Below are positions 18,565-19,985 of a DNA stretch of 19,985 nt, one piece after another; position 1 is the stretch's first letter; each line of letters begins with the position of its first letter. A program made the translations under genes and the position numbers. Source of the stretch: Octopus sinensis. Lineage: Eukaryota. The DNA lies in NCBI RefSeq assembly GCF_006345805.1, contig NW_021824053.1:1-19985 (forward strand), given 5' to 3'. The notes under the pieces were generated by a model, which was not told the origin of the DNA, did not search any database, and saw only the letters and a program-made list of their open reading frames with translations.

Positions 18565-18634
18565 ATAGGTATATATATATATATAGATATATATATATAT
18601 AGATATATATATTAATATATATATATTATATAAG

Positions 18635-18665
<31 letters not shown>

Positions 18666-19240
18666 ATATATATATAATGATATATATATATATATATATA
18701 TAATACCTTGTACTATTTTTTTTTTAGAACTTCTTTTCATAAATTTTAAAACATCTTGGTCCCCCACTTAAATCGAACCTACCCATAAATAAATTTCCGT
18801 ATTCCCTAGACCATTTCTAGTTCACTCTTTTACCTTGTGGCTCCAAGATGGATGGTTGATTATATGCTTTTGATATATTGGGCTTCTTGACCTCTTTTCT
18901 AGGCCATGTTTTCGTTCCTATTCCATCTTCCCTTTATTTATACTGGATGCTCTTTTTCTTTTACTCCGATGAAGCTCTGTGACTTAATTCGAATGTCCTA
19001 TGAATATGAAGAATTTTATTTTCGCAATTATTCATAGACAGTATTTGGCAACAGATGCAGAAATGGCTGAAAGATTTGTTACGTCACCTATTTGTTGTGT
19101 CATGCTTTGTACTAAAAAATAATCTATAAATGTGGGCCAATCGATGCGTTTGTCAATCTGAGGTTTTCTCCATTTTCTGATTATTTGTATATATATATAT
19201 ATCCACTACACACATTTTTTTCTCTCCTTGTTTTTTCTGT

Positions 19241-19282
19241 GTCCCTTTCTGTAGAAGAGCATAGGCTTGAAATGTAAAAGAC
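19241..19282 (+). ncRNA. Decayed minimal hammerhead motif in a putative Penelope-like fragment
   Basis: cttt CTGTAGA a gagc atag gctt GAAA t g T A aaag. Deviations are A6>U, C11.1>U and C15.2>U. Confidence 0.45.
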
Positions 19283-19373
19283 TTTTTCTATTCCTCAGCG
19301 TTATACTAATACATCTGTTTGTTTTGTACACTTTTGTTTTTTTCATAAACTCTCCCTATATATATATATATAT

Positions 19374-19600
19374 ATTTCTTTATTGCCCACAAGGGGCTAA
19401 ACATAGAGGGGACCAACAAGGACAGAAAAAGGGATTAAGTCGATTACATCGACCCCAGTGCATAACTGGTACTTTATTAATCAACCCCGAAAGGATGAAT
19501 GGTAAAGTTGACCTTGGCGGAATTTGAACTCAGAGCGTAACGGCAGACGAAATATGATTATACATTTCGCCCGGCGTTCTAATGATTCGGCCAGCTCACC
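19374..19600 (-). mobile_element. SINE B
   Basis: Colinear with the other two copies. Confidence 0.88.
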
Positions 19601-19605
19601 ACCTT

Positions 19606-19606
19606 T

Positions 19607-19641
<35 letters not shown>

Positions 19642-19676
19642 GATAGATAGATAGATAGATAGATAGATATAGATAT
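19606..19676. repeat. (GATA)n microsatellite
   Basis: Direct reading of the sequence. Confidence 0.95.
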
Positions 19677-19683
19677 ATCGTCG

Positions 19684-19743
19684 TCATCATCATCATCATT
19701 ATTTAACAACTGTTGTCTATGCTGGCATGGGTTGGATGGTTTG
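19684..19743 (-). mobile_element. Short RTE-type 3' tail fragment
   Basis: catcatcatcat...tttaac...atgctggcatgggttggatgg is the reverse complement of the RTE tail. Confidence 0.7.
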
Positions 19744-19985
19744 AATAATTTTTCCATTGTCTTGGCTTAACAGCTCTCACTGTTTGTTCTCACTGTCCTG
19801 TTCTTGTTGCCACTTTCACCCTCAACAAAAAATCCCAAATTTTATTTAATTTGCTTTGCGGGAAGGACTGTTTCAATGAAGTCGCGTCTTGTCCTTGCCT
19901 TTGAAAGTGGAGTAATTGAAAAACAGGGACGACTGAAGAAGGGGAATATTCTTTATGTTGTACGTCTCGTTTCTCTGTTTGTTTG

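Noticed and set aside
18966-19072. Possible hammerhead CCGATGA...GCTGAAA with internal helix ctatgaata/tattcatag
   Set aside because: Stem II is plausible, but stems I and III cannot be formed.
12252-19600. All three SINE B copies are on the minus strand
   Set aside because: With n=3 this is not distinguishable from chance.
19900-19960. GAAA...CTGAAGA arrangement (type II-like), with a similar layout at about 195-230
   Set aside because: No convincing stems I or III. It is probably a PLE-related repeat, but no ribozyme fold is supportable.

Overview
This is eukaryotic, non-coding, repeat-dense DNA, most likely from an Octopus-type (coleoid cephalopod) genome. The assignment is inferred from recognisable tRNA-derived SINE families and very dense (TA)n/(CA)n/(TACA)n/(GGT)n microsatellites. 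I found no supportable host exon. Almost all listed ORFs are microsatellite artefacts or antisense to repeats. The window contains three SINE families (some nested, one with a 15-bp TSD), 3' ends of RTE-clade LINEs with a tandem array in the 3' UTR, and three decayed fragments of R4/Dong-like restriction-endonuclease retrotransposons. It also has an internally deleted mariner inside a ~320-bp inverted repeat pair, and a Helentron/Crypton-like non-autonomous element. The most notable signal is five type I hammerhead ribozyme motifs in short fold-back elements that probably derive from Penelope-like retroelement termini. One (minus strand, 8504-8612) has a fully intact catalytic core with a GUA cleavage site, and another (2781-2831) has a compensatory G3-C8 core swap. 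All folds and alignments were done by eye and need computational and experimental confirmation.
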